Source: Candidatus Latescibacterota bacterium | GTDB taxonomy: Bacteria > Latescibacterota > UBA2968 > UBA8231 | Assembly: GCA_965243025.1 (NCBI GenBank) | Contig: CBDETY010000003.1 | Location: 1,184,001 to 1,248,000, forward strand | Length of the DNA stretch: 64,000 bases | Direction of reading: 5' to 3' | Part shown: one piece after another, positions 27,516-37,537 of the stretch | Layout: each line of letters opens with the position of its first letter | Position numbering within the stretch: the first letter of the stretch is position 1 | The notes under the pieces: model-generated | The model's input: the letters and a program-made list of their open reading frames with translations, nothing else | Database searches by the model: none | What the model was told of the DNA's origin: nothing | Program-made: the position numbers and the translations under genes

Positions 27516-29078
27516 TCAGGGTGACGCGAGTCTTGCCAGCCCCTGCCTGGCCTGCTCCTTCAGGTTCTCGCTCCCTGTCCACCTGCCGAGAAAGCTTGCG
27601 TACGCTTCCCGGGCGGCGGCGCGGCGGCCGAGCTGCTCCTGCGCTTCGGCCAGGGCGAGGAAGGCTTCGCTGCGGCCGGGGTCGAGCTGCAGGGTCCTCT
27701 CCAAATGGGGGATTGCCTCCTCGAATTTCGTCTGGAGCATGCGGACGGTGCCGAGTCCGTGATGCGCGGCGGCGAGTCCGGGATCGATTCCAAGAGCTGA
27801 TTCGTACGCCGCGGCCGCCCGGGGATAGTCCCCCTGCAAGGTGAGGACCTTTCCCAAGTTGAAATGGAGACCGGAGCTGCCGCGCTCCAGTGCGAGGCCG
27901 TCGAGCAGGGCCTGCGCTGCCTGTCCCAGATCACCGGACCGCGCCAACGCCAGCCCCAGGACCGAATAGGCTCTCGCGGCGGCTTCCGGTTCGGGGCTCA
28001 GGGCGATCACCCGGCGCGCCAGCCGCGCCGCTTGCGCGAGGTTCCCCTGGTTCAGGTGAAGCTGCGCCATCCTTTCCAGTGCTTCGACCTTTACCGGATC
28101 CCGCTCCACGACAGCGGCGTAGGCGTCGAGCGCTTCCTGGCTGCGCCCCATCCGCTCGAGAATCTCCCCCAACGCCAGACGCGCTTCCAGATGGTCGGGG
28201 CGCTCGGCGATCCCGGTCCGCAGGGTCTCGGACCGTTCCTCGAGCCGGTCGAGGTGCTCGAAGCGGTCTCGATGGGTTTCCGCCTCCTCGCTCCGGCCGA
28301 TCAGTTCCAGCAGCTCTCCCAGGTCTCGATGGGCCTCGGCGTTGGTCGAGTCGAGCCGTATCGCCGTCTCCAGGGCGGCGACCGCCCGGTCGGCCTGCTG
28401 CGACTCGACGTAGGTGTTCCACAGCCCCTTCCAGCTCTCCCTGTCGAGGGAATCCAGGCCGACCGCCGACAGAAGCTGTTCCTCGGCGAGGCCGTAGCGC
28501 CCCTGCTTCCGGTAGAGGTCGCCGAGGTTGCGGCGGCTCCCGGCATCTTCGGGGTCGATCCGCAGGGCCGCCAGCAAGGCCTGTTCCGCCGCTTCGAAGC
28601 GGTGCTGCTGCCCGTAGATGAAGGCGAGCGAGCGGTGCGCCCCGGCGTTGGACGGATCGAGACGCAACGCCTTCCGCAGCTGCTCGACCGCATCGTCGTA
28701 GCGGCCCTGTTCAAGGCAGGCGATGGCGAGGTTGTGGCGGGCGGGAACGTCCGTCGAGTCGAGCCTGATTCCGCGCCTGTAGGCCGTTTCCGCCTCGGAA
28801 AAATACTTGAGCTGGAGATAGGTGTAGCCGAGGCCGAAGTGCGCCTGCGCACGGAGGGAGTCCCCGGCGACCGCCTTGCGGAAAAGTTCGAGGGCGTCGT
28901 CGTAGCGCTGCTGCTGCAGGTACACCCTTCCAAGCGCGAGCAGCTGGTCGAGCTGCCCGGAGTCGCTGCCGGGCTGCCCCCTGTCGCCGGCGCAGGCGAC
29001 GAATGCGATGGCTGCCGCCGCGATCGAGGCGCTGCGTCCCAGGGATGCGATGGAATGTTTAGAATTGTGAGTCGGCAT
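27516..29078 (-). CDS. Tetratricopeptide-repeat protein (probable lipoprotein)
   Basis: Lipobox-like FVAC and many TPR units. Same architecture as 22600-24150. Start uncertain. Confidence 0.85.
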   Translation of the reverse strand: MPTHNSKHSIASLGRSASIAAAAIAFVACAGDRGQPGSDSGQLDQLLALGRVYLQQQRYDDALELFRKAVAGDSLRAQAHFGLGYTYLQLKYFSEAETAYRRGIRLDSTDVPARHNLAIACLEQGRYDDAVEQLRKALRLDPSNAGAHRSLAFIYGQQHRFEAAEQALLAALRIDPEDAGSRRNLGDLYRKQGRYGLAEEQLLSAVGLDSLDRESWKGLWNTYVESQQADRAVAALETAIRLDSTNAEAHRDLGELLELIGRSEEAETHRDRFEHLDRLEERSETLRTGIAERPDHLEARLALGEILERMGRSQEALDAYAAVVERDPVKVEALERMAQLHLNQGNLAQAARLARRVIALSPEPEAAARAYSVLGLALARSGDLGQAAQALLDGLALERGSSGLHFNLGKVLTLQGDYPRAAAAYESALGIDPGLAAAHHGLGTVRMLQTKFEEAIPHLERTLQLDPGRSEAFLALAEAQEQLGRRAAAREAYASFLGRWTGSENLKEQARQGLARLASP

Positions 29079-29112
29079 TGATCTGGAAATGTAAGGCACC
29101 GATGGAGGCTGG

Positions 29113-30315
29113 ATGCCCAGCTGCTGCCAGGCCGCACGGCTTCTTTGCGCCACCGCGCGGTTCCCGTTTCCCGCCGCCCTTCCCATCCTGCTCGCCCTCG
29201 CCGCGGCCTGCGGACGGGGCGGCCCGGCCCCGCGCGACGACACCAGCTACCTGGTGTACCCTGGCGGGGAAATACAGCCCGCCCTCGAAGCCGCGGCAGC
29301 GGATCCGGTCCGCAAAATCGTCAAGGTCCACGCCGGGACCTACCGGCCGCAGCGGCCCGGGCAGGCGATGATCTGGTTCAACGCCCGCCACGACGGCATC
29401 ACCCTGGAAGCGGCTGGCGAAGTCGTGTTGACCGCGGCAAACCCCGATATCGCCGACCCCGAGGCCGACAGTTTCCCCGCGGTCGTCAACCACGTCGTCT
29501 ACTTCGGCGACGGGGTTTCGGCGAACACGGTCCTGCGGGGATTCGAGGTCACCGGCGCCAACCACTTCGTCACCCACCTGGAGGAACCGGAAGATATTCA
29601 GCCCCACAGCGAGGACGTGATCTGGAAGAAGGGGATGTTCTTCTACACCGACGGCGGCGGCATCAAGGTTTTCGGCCGCTCCTATCCGACCATCGACCGG
29701 GTCGTGGTGCGCGGCAACTACACCAGTCCCTGCGGCGGCGGGGTGTCGATAGAGCACCGCGGTTTCAACGACAGGGAAGCGGTGTTCACCGACTGCATCT
29801 TCCGCGGCAACCGCTGCCAGGTCACCGGTTCGGCCGTCGACGTGCTCGCCGGCAGCGCCGCGGTATTCGAGAACTGCCTTTTCGTCGGAAACGTCTCCAA
29901 CACCGGGGTCGACTACATCGGCCGCCGGGACGGCTACGAGTACAACGTCGAGCACGGCTCCGGCGCCCTGACCGTGTTTCCGAATTCGCGGGTCGAGGTC
30001 CGCGGCTGCACCTTTACCGGCAACTGGAACGGCGCCGACGACAAGGGGACCGGTTCGGTGTACACGCGGTCGATCTTCTGGAGAAACAACCTGCCGGGGG
30101 GCATTTCTCCCGGCCTTCGCTACGAGCTCGACATCCTCGACGGCGCCGGCGTCAGCGGCTGTTTCATCAACGGCGAAATCGAGGACCTGCGGGGCACCCT
30201 GGACCCGGAAACCAACGAGATGTCTGCACCGGACCCGGATTTCGACGCCGCTTTCAGTCCCCGAAACCCCGCCTACGCAGGGACAGGCTACCGGCCTCCC
30301 CCGGAATTCCCGTAG
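29113..30315 (+). CDS. Right-handed parallel beta-helix (pectin-lyase-like) protein, probable lipoprotein
   Basis: IQPALEAA...VKVHAGTY, GGGI, CIFRGN, CLFVGN and CTFTGN beta-helix motifs. LAAAC lipobox. Confidence 0.75.
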   Translation: MPSCCQAARLLCATARFPFPAALPILLALAAACGRGGPAPRDDTSYLVYPGGEIQPALEAAAADPVRKIVKVHAGTYRPQRPGQAMIWFNARHDGITLEAAGEVVLTAANPDIADPEADSFPAVVNHVVYFGDGVSANTVLRGFEVTGANHFVTHLEEPEDIQPHSEDVIWKKGMFFYTDGGGIKVFGRSYPTIDRVVVRGNYTSPCGGGVSIEHRGFNDREAVFTDCIFRGNRCQVTGSAVDVLAGSAAVFENCLFVGNVSNTGVDYIGRRDGYEYNVEHGSGALTVFPNSRVEVRGCTFTGNWNGADDKGTGSVYTRSIFWRNNLPGGISPGLRYELDILDGAGVSGCFINGEIEDLRGTLDPETNEMSAPDPDFDAAFSPRNPAYAGTGYRPPPEFP

Positions 30316-30360
30316 ATTGTTGTGGACCGCGACACCCACATGGGACGCGGGAGACCCGAG

Positions 30361-32340
30361 ATGACACCACCACGACTGCTGGCAATGGCGCTGATTCTTT
30401 CCGGGGCGACCGCGGCGCAGGCCCTGACTCTGTTCCGTATCGGCGGGGAGGAGCTTCCCGAGCCGGAGCTCGAGGCGCCGTTCGACTTCGTTCAACTGCC
30501 CTGGGAAGGGATCGACGAGAATCAGTTCGGGGGCATGATCAACCTCGAACTGCAGCCCGGGTTCATCTCCCCGGAGTTCGCCGATTCCGAGGTGAATCTC
30601 ACGCCTTCGACGCTGGAGGGGAATTTCCGCTACAAGGACCTGGGCGGCGACTGGCAGATCCCCGAGCGCGTTCCTCAGTACATCGACCGCCGCTGGTCGG
30701 TCCGCTTCGCCGACGCCGACCCGAACTCCTACTACGCCGACGACCGCAGCATCGAATACCTGTTCGACTTTCAGAGACAGGTGCACCTCAGCCGCATCCG
30801 CTTCTACACCCGGGTGGACGACGGCACCATCGTAACCTGCGGTTTCGGGAGGAACCAGGCCGGCAGGGGATGCCGCAGCGGCAATCTCGAACCTATCCCC
30901 GAATTCCTCATCGGCACCAGTGACGGCGACCCCGCAAAAGAAGGGAGCCGCCCCTTCATGCCGCGGTATCATCAGCGCGTCGGCCCGGGAGAGCGCTACG
31001 ATTTCGACGTCGTGTACGAAGGCCAGGGACGCGACCTCGTCGACCTGAATTTCCCGTCGATTCCGACTCAGCGCCTGCTGTTCAAGATTGCCGGACAGCA
31101 GGGAGTGGAATGGGAGATCGCCGAGTTCGAGATCTACGCCAGCGGTTATGCGCCGACCGCCCGCTACACCTCCAACGTCATCGACCTGGGGGAGGAGTTC
31201 AGCCTGGGAGACCTTGCCTGGGCGGGGCTGCAGGGAAGCGACCCGGACAGTCGCGTCGAAATCACCATGCGCAGCGGCGACGACGAACAGCCCAACGTTT
31301 ACTGGCGCCGGACTTTCCGGGGGGACGAGCAGGTCCCCTTTTCGAGCAGGGGCGCCCCGCTCACCCCCGCGGCCTACAACCGGCTGGAGCCGCCCGAGAA
31401 AGGGGACATCCGCCACGACAACGAGAACTGGGTGACCTGGAACGCCGCCTACGACTTCGCTCCCGGCAGGGGGCGCGCCAACGCCGACCGCCCGCGGCGC
31501 TACGTCCAGTTCGATGTCTCGTTCCTGTCGACCCCCGAGTCTGGGGGACAGGTGCAGTACCTGCAATTCCCCGCCTCTCCCCCACTGATCACGGAAGCCC
31601 CGGCGGAGATCACCCCGGCCGCCGCGCCGGTGGGGGAAGTTACTGCCTTCACCTACCGGATCAGGCCCCGGCTCGAGCCGGGAGACGGAGGTTTCGACGG
31701 CATAACAATCGAAACACCGGCGCAGATCGTCGCGGTGGAGCCAGTGGGGCGAATCGGCGGCAGCGAAGTCGAGGTCGAGGTCATACGAATGGACGAAGAG
31801 GGTTTTGCCGTTCAGATTCCCCGCGTCGACATCGAGCGCACCGAAGAGCTGGTCGAGGTCACTTTCCAGGCCCGGGTGTTCGAGTACGACACCCCCTTCA
31901 TCGCCCGCCTTTCCGACAGCGAGACCCCCTTCGAGGTTCCGCAACCGGTCACCGAAGGGGACGCCGACGAGGCGACCGACAGCAACCGCCTGCGGGTTGC
32001 GCTCACCGATATCCCCGACCGCGCCATCGAGGCGATAAGCCTCTCTTCTCCGCTGTTCACCCCGAACGGAGACGGAGTCAACGACGCTCTCCGGATCGAG
32101 TACGAGCTGGTGAACCTCAGCGGAGACGTTCCGGCTGTCGTCGGGGTGTACGACCTGGCCGGGCGCCGCGTCGGCGAGGTCGATGCCGCCGGCCCGGGGG
32201 TGAGCGGCCTTTTCAGCGTTTCCTGGGACGGCACGGGCGAGGGCGGGGTCCTGCCCCCCGGGCTGTACCTGCTGCAGCTCGAGATCGCCACCGACACCGG
32301 CAGCGACCGGGCCGGGCGCATCGTCTCGATCGCTTACTGA
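30361..32340 (+). CDS. Secreted protein with FlgD-Ig/CHU_C-like C-terminal domain
   Basis: Signal peptide followed by LTLFRIGGEELP. C-terminus FTPNGDGVND...DLAGRRV...WDG...PGLYL...VSIAY. Confidence 0.8.
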   Translation: MTPPRLLAMALILSGATAAQALTLFRIGGEELPEPELEAPFDFVQLPWEGIDENQFGGMINLELQPGFISPEFADSEVNLTPSTLEGNFRYKDLGGDWQIPERVPQYIDRRWSVRFADADPNSYYADDRSIEYLFDFQRQVHLSRIRFYTRVDDGTIVTCGFGRNQAGRGCRSGNLEPIPEFLIGTSDGDPAKEGSRPFMPRYHQRVGPGERYDFDVVYEGQGRDLVDLNFPSIPTQRLLFKIAGQQGVEWEIAEFEIYASGYAPTARYTSNVIDLGEEFSLGDLAWAGLQGSDPDSRVEITMRSGDDEQPNVYWRRTFRGDEQVPFSSRGAPLTPAAYNRLEPPEKGDIRHDNENWVTWNAAYDFAPGRGRANADRPRRYVQFDVSFLSTPESGGQVQYLQFPASPPLITEAPAEITPAAAPVGEVTAFTYRIRPRLEPGDGGFDGITIETPAQIVAVEPVGRIGGSEVEVEVIRMDEEGFAVQIPRVDIERTEELVEVTFQARVFEYDTPFIARLSDSETPFEVPQPVTEGDADEATDSNRLRVALTDIPDRAIEAISLSSPLFTPNGDGVNDALRIEYELVNLSGDVPAVVGVYDLAGRRVGEVDAAGPGVSGLFSVSWDGTGEGGVLPPGLYLLQLEIATDTGSDRAGRIVSIAY

Positions 32341-32482
32341 AAAGCGGGGTGAGGAATCGGAACAAGCCCGGACAGGCCGCTGTTCCCCCGTCCCTGGATC
32401 CCTCAACCCCCGGAAAGAGCAGGTCCCGGCTTCCACCCCGGCCCCGGCCCTTCCGCCCCGGGATGTACCCTCCACTACTGAA

Positions 32483-33960
32483 ATGCGTGGAATGCGGTCG
32501 CTGCGAAACGATCTTTCGGTGACCGAGACGAGAATCTGGCACCTGGCTCGGGCCGCGGATTTCACCGCCGGCCTTCCGATCGGGGACCGGGCGGCTCGCC
32601 GCCATGGTTCTGGGAGACCCCGTTACCGAGCGCCTGGCCCTGAACCACGAATGGCTGTGGCGGGGCCGGAACCGGGACCGCGACACCCGGCCTTTCCTGG
32701 AGCGCCCTGAGTGGGGGGAGCTGCTTCGATCCCACGAAGAGGTGTACCGAAGGCTCTACGGGGGTCTGGAACTGGGGGTGGACCTGCCGTCATCGACCCT
32801 GCCGACCGACGAGCGGATCGCCGCGGCGCGGCGCGGAAGACCCCGGTCTGCCCCTTCTCTTTTTCAACTGCGGACGCTACCCTCACCTCGCCTCCACGGC
32901 CAACGCCGACCTGCCTCGACCTGTACGACTGCGAGGGGGTGGTGATTCCGCTCGCTGCAGCCCGATCCCTGGGGGCGGGCGACCCCGGCATGGTACGGCT
33001 GGGACGTCTGGGTCGGCGGCCCCGCCTGGCTGGCCCAGCACTTCTGGTGGCACTACGAGTTCAGCCTCGACGCCCAATTCCTGCGGCGTCGGGCCTATCC
33101 CTTTTTCAGGGAGGTCGCCGCCTTCTACGCATCCTACCTGGTCGAGGACGAGGGCGGCACCTTGCAGATCGTTCCCTCACAATCTCCCGAGAACCGCTTT
33201 GCCGGCGGCGGCGACCTGCCGGTGACCCTCTGCGTCTCGGCGACCGCCGACGTCCTGCTCGCACGGCAGGTCCTGGGGTACGCGCGGCGCGCGGCCGAGC
33301 TGCTCGGGGTCGGCGAGGATAAGCGGCGCTCCTGGGGGAAACGGCGGCACGGCTGCCGGAGATCGGGATCGGGCGCTTCGGCCAGCTGATGGAGTGGAAC
33401 GAGGATTTCGAGGAGTGCGAGCCGGGGCACCGGCATTTCTCCCACCTGATCGGCATGTATCCCGGCGACTGCCTCGATCCCGAGGAAACTCCCGAGCTGT
33501 GGCAGGCCGCCCTCGTCTCGCTCGAGCGGCGGCTGAAGCACGGCGGCGGCAGCACCCCCTGGAGCCGCGCCTGGGCCTCCTGCCTCTCGGCCCGCGCCGG
33601 CAAGGGGGAGGAGGCCTGGGATCACCTGGTGCGACAGATCTCCGATTACGCCGGCGAAAGTCTGCTGAGCCTGCACACCGGCCCGGACCCGCCGCGGCTG
33701 TTCCAGATCGACGGCAATCTCGGGGCCGTCGCCGCGGTTCTCGAAATGCTGCTGCAGAGCTACCGCGGCGAGGTGCGTTTCCTGCCGGCCCTGCCAGCCG
33801 CCTGGAGGAGCGGCAGAGTGAGGGGGTTGCGCGCCCGGGGCGGCTTCGAGGTCGACCTGACCTGGGCGAACGGCGAGCTGACCCGTGCCCGGATCAGGGC
33901 GAGCGCCGCCGGCGCCTGCACCGTGACGCATGCCTCAGGCCGGTATCGCATATCAGGAGG
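32483..33960 (+). pseudogene. Degraded GH95 (alpha-1,2-L-fucosidase-like) glycoside hydrolase
   Basis: Fragments in different frames: LPIG/TGRLAAMV..ERLALNH.WLW; LPTDER; FNCGRY; WLAQHFWWHYEF...AYP; PSQSPEN; QLMEW...HRHFSHL...WSRAW...FQIDGNLG...EMLLQS...LPALP..W..G.V.GLRARGG. About four frameshifts and two large internal deletions; no own stop codon. Confidence 0.85.
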
Positions 33961-34663
33961 TGACGACCGCCTCGGCCAGCTGTTGGGGGCCGTAGACGCG
34001 GGCGTTCAGGACGATCCCGAAACGCGGTTCGCCGTCCGCCTCGACATGGGGGCCGGCGTGCCAGCTGTGGGTGAACCGCAGGGCGCAATCGGTACCGACT
34101 CCGACGAGGGTGGCTGGCGGGGCCCCGTACGGCATGCCGTCGGCCCGGACCCGGGTCGAGGGACCGGTCTCCATCTTGAACAGGGCGACATAGGGCCGCA
34201 GGAAGTGCGAGTGCCCGTTCTCGAAGTTGGGCGGCGTTCCCGGAAGGGTGCGGAAGACGTACAGCTCGATGAAGTTGCAGGGGCAGCCCTCGCGCTCGAG
34301 CTCGGCCAGCCTCGCGGCGGTGTACTCGACGAGGGGGCTCCCGAGCTCCTCGCCGAAAAAACCGGTGACCTGCCCGAAGCCCTCCCCGACCCCTTCCCAG
34401 CGCGACCCCCGGGGGCGCCGCCGGCCGCCTTCAGCGGGAAGCGGGTCCTTCCAGGCGAAACGCTTTCCGAAGTACCCCGCTTCGGGGTTCTCTCTCATGT
34501 AGCCGTCGATGATCCCGTACACCCGGCGCTGATGCCCCCGGTTCCAGATCGGTCCGGTGCGGATGACGCGCATCCGCCGCCAGGGCTGGAGGAGATCGAG
34601 GATGGCGGCGCCGGCGAACAACCGCCAGGCGCGCGGAGAACCGAGGCCGGTGAGGTATCGCAT
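33953..34663 (-). CDS. Hypothetical protein, possible double-stranded beta-helix (2OG-Fe(II) oxygenase/DUF1826-like) fold
   Basis: 236 aa with NGHSHF...TGPSTRV...SWHAGP...PRFGIVL spacing, resembling the Hx(D/H)...H...R layout of such oxygenases. Confidence 0.55.
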   Translation of the reverse strand: MRYLTGLGSPRAWRLFAGAAILDLLQPWRRMRVIRTGPIWNRGHQRRVYGIIDGYMRENPEAGYFGKRFAWKDPLPAEGGRRRPRGSRWEGVGEGFGQVTGFFGEELGSPLVEYTAARLAELEREGCPCNFIELYVFRTLPGTPPNFENGHSHFLRPYVALFKMETGPSTRVRADGMPYGAPPATLVGVGTDCALRFTHSWHAGPHVEADGEPRFGIVLNARVYGPQQLAEAVVTS

Positions 34664-34723
34664 GAGGGGCTGCTAATTTGTAAAATCAGACCTTCCTGTC
34701 ACGCCCTCTTCCTGGATTTCCCC

Positions 34724-35620
34724 ATGCTGGTCGATGCCCATTCCCATTTCCTGCAGGACTACACACCCTGCGCGCGGCTGCCGCGGACCGCGGCCGATCT
34801 CGGCGGCGTCGACATGGGGGAGGTGCTGCGGACCATGGACGAGTCCGGCGTCGAGGTCGCCGTCACCCTCTCGCAGGAGATGACCCGCGTCCGCGGCGAC
34901 TGGCTCGGGTCGAACGAGCTGGCCGCGGACCTGCAGAGGAACTACGGCGGCCGCTTCGCCGGCGTCGCCAGCTTCGAGCCGCTGACCCCGGACGGGCGCT
35001 TCAACGGCGAGCGCTTCGAACAGGTGCGGGCGCAGCTGCGGGCAGGGGATGTGCGCGGCCTGCTGATCACCCCTCCCTACGGGCGCTTTCAGCTCAACGA
35101 CCGCAGGGCCTACCCCTTCTACCAGGCCGCGGCCGAAGCGGACGCCCCGGTATACATCCACCTCGTGCAGCCGGCCGGGGAGTGGGGAGAGGAGTTCAAC
35201 CCCCCGGACGAGGTCGAGGACTTCCCCACCCGCCTCGGCACCCTCGAGCAGGTGATCTCAGATTTTCCGCAACTCCGTTTCAACGTCGAGCACATGGCGC
35301 GCCCCCGCATCGACGACCTGCTGGGAATCATGGCGAAGTGCCCCCAGGTCTGGACCGACGTCACCAAGCTGCTCGGCGATCCGCAGCTGCCCCGCTACAT
35401 CCATACCGCTGCCGAGGGGGGCTTCCTCGATCGCGTGTTCTGGGGAACCGACTACGTCGGCCTGGACGCGGGGGAGTGGGCCGAGTGGGTCGGCGAGGGG
35501 GTTGACTTCGTGCGCGAAGGCCTCAACCGGGGCCTGAGGCGGGGCGGCTTCAGGCAGCTGTCCGCCTCCCGGATCGACGGGCTTCTCGGCGGAAACATCC
35601 GGCGTTTCCTGGGACTGTGA
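34724..35620 (+). CDS. Amidohydrolase-2 family metallo-hydrolase/decarboxylase
   Basis: VDAHSH, PVYIH, VEHM and FWGTDY motifs. Forms the C-terminal part of the 743-aa track ORF. Confidence 0.85.
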   Translation: MLVDAHSHFLQDYTPCARLPRTAADLGGVDMGEVLRTMDESGVEVAVTLSQEMTRVRGDWLGSNELAADLQRNYGGRFAGVASFEPLTPDGRFNGERFEQVRAQLRAGDVRGLLITPPYGRFQLNDRRAYPFYQAAAEADAPVYIHLVQPAGEWGEEFNPPDEVEDFPTRLGTLEQVISDFPQLRFNVEHMARPRIDDLLGIMAKCPQVWTDVTKLLGDPQLPRYIHTAAEGGFLDRVFWGTDYVGLDAGEWAEWVGEGVDFVREGLNRGLRRGGFRQLSASRIDGLLGGNIRRFLGL

Positions 35621-37521
35621 GCCGGATACAGGGGGCCGGCACCTTCCTGCTGGCGATGGCGCTGTGCGCCTTCCTCAACTTCGTCAGCGTCCGCAGCTAC
35701 CTGCTCCTGAGCCGCTACACCGGTTTCGCCGACCACTTCAACACCGTCGGGGTCATCTTCGTGCTGTTCTTCCTGCTGGCGGTCGGGCTGCTGCTTCGCG
35801 CCCTCCACCCGATCCTCGGCCTCAGCCCCGCCTCGTTCGCTCTCGTCTACGCCGCCCTCATGGTCGCCACCGTCATACCGACGATGGGGTTCGGCGGCTA
35901 CTTTCTGCCGTTCATCGCCGGACTGATCTACTACGCGACCCCGGAGAACAACTGGGAGGAGGTGCTGTGGCCGCACGTTCCCGAGTGGGTGGTTCCGCGC
36001 GATCCGGAACTGATCCGCCGGCTCTTCGAGGGCCTCTCCGCGGGGGAGTCAATTCCCTGGGAGCCATGGGTCGTACCGGTCCTCGTCTGGGCCTCCTTCT
36101 TCGTCGCTTTCTCCTGCGTCAGCCTGTCGTTCGTCAGCCTCGTCCACCACCAGTGGTCGCGGGAGGAGCGGCTCGTCTACCCCCTGGCGGCGACTCCCAC
36201 CCTCATGGTGGACAGCCTGAGAGACCCGTCGCGGAGCTTCCTGCGCAGCAGGCTGCTTTGGGCGGGGTTTCTCCTCGCCTGGTCGTACCCGACAGTCAAT
36301 CTTGCCGACCAGCTCTTCGACCTCTCCTGGATCGAGAGCTTCGGCATCCCCTCCGCCCACATTCGCTTCGAGGCCCTCGGCCTCGGCTACGCCCTCAACA
36401 CCGACCTGCTCGTCGTCGGCCTCAGCTTCCTGATCAGCCTGCAGGTGCTTTTCAGCGTCTGGTTCTGCCACCTCCTGCTCGCTTTCGAAAACAGCCTGCT
36501 CGGCTACCTCGGGGTTTCGCTGTCCCTGGCGGCGCAGCCCCACTCCGCCGGGGGCATTCTCATGGCCCACCAGCAGATCGGCTCCCTGGCCTTCCTGGTG
36601 ATCTCCTCGCTGTGGCTGTCGCGCCACTTCCTGCGCAGGCAGTGGCTGATCATCGCCGGCCGCGAGCAGGAGCAGGGGGACAACATCATCCACCCGCGGA
36701 CCGCGGCGATCATGGGGCTGCTCGGGTTCGTCTACATGGCGGTCTTCCTCAACGCCACCGGGCTGCCGCCGGTGTGGTCCATCCTCTTCCTGGTGGTAGC
36801 CCTGCTCGTCTTCTTCGGCACCACCCGCCTGCTCGCCCAGATCGGCTTCAGCCGCCTGCGCGCCGCCAACTCCATCCCGCCGCTGTTCACCAACTCGCTC
36901 GGCAGCGCCGCTTTCGGGGGCCGCGCCCTCAGCGCCATGGGTCTGAGCTTCATGTGGGCGGCGGACATCCAGCTGTTCCTGATGGGCACCCTGGCGCACG
37001 CCCTCAAGGTCTGCGAGGACTCGCGCCTGAGGATCGGCGGCCGCCGGCTTCTGTTTTACTTCGCCGCCGCCCTCTTCGTCAGCCTGGCCTCGATGATCGC
37101 CGTCTACCTCGACATGGGGTACCGCAACGGGCTGATCCACGGCATGAGCTGGTACTACGTCGCCTCCCCGCAGCTCTGCTGGGGCTGGGTGGCCAACAGC
37201 CTCAACACCCCGAGCGGGGGGGAGCCGCTGGCGGCGGTGTTCCTGGCTGCAGGCGCCGGCCTCGCCTGGATTCTCTCCTTCGCCACCCACCGCCTGCCGG
37301 GGTGGCCGCTGCATCCGGCGGGACTGGCGATCGCCCTGACCAACACGGTCAGCATCGACTGGTTCAGCGTATTCCTGGCTTGGCTGATCAAGGCGGTCGT
37401 GCTGCGCTACGGCGGCGTCGCCCTGTTCACCTCGATCCGGCCGTTCTTTCTCGGGCTGATTCTCGGCAAGTGCGTCGGCGTGGGCGGGGCGTCCCTCGTC
37501 CACTCCTTCTACTTCGCCTGA
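35617..37521 (+). CDS. DUF6785/DUF6784-like polytopic membrane protein
   Basis: [29 protein letters not shown] and LRYGG...[10 protein letters not shown] motifs. GTGA overlap with the amidohydrolase stop. Confidence 0.8.
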   Translation: MSRIQGAGTFLLAMALCAFLNFVSVRSYLLLSRYTGFADHFNTVGVIFVLFFLLAVGLLLRALHPILGLSPASFALVYAALMVATVIPTMGFGGYFLPFIAGLIYYATPENNWEEVLWPHVPEWVVPRDPELIRRLFEGLSAGESIPWEPWVVPVLVWASFFVAFSCVSLSFVSLVHHQWSREERLVYPLAATPTLMVDSLRDPSRSFLRSRLLWAGFLLAWSYPTVNLADQLFDLSWIESFGIPSAHIRFEALGLGYALNTDLLVVGLSFLISLQVLFSVWFCHLLLAFENSLLGYLGVSLSLAAQPHSAGGILMAHQQIGSLAFLVISSLWLSRHFLRRQWLIIAGREQEQGDNIIHPRTAAIMGLLGFVYMAVFLNATGLPPVWSILFLVVALLVFFGTTRLLAQIGFSRLRAANSIPPLFTNSLGSAAFGGRALSAMGLSFMWAADIQLFLMGTLAHALKVCEDSRLRIGGRRLLFYFAAALFVSLASMIAVYLDMGYRNGLIHGMSWYYVASPQLCWGWVANSLNTPSGGEPLAAVFLAAGAGLAWILSFATHRLPGWPLHPAGLAIALTNTVSIDWFSVFLAWLIKAVVLRYGGVALFTSIRPFFLGLILGKCVGVGGASLVHSFYFA

Positions 37522-37537
37522 CCTGCGGCCGGTCGTT

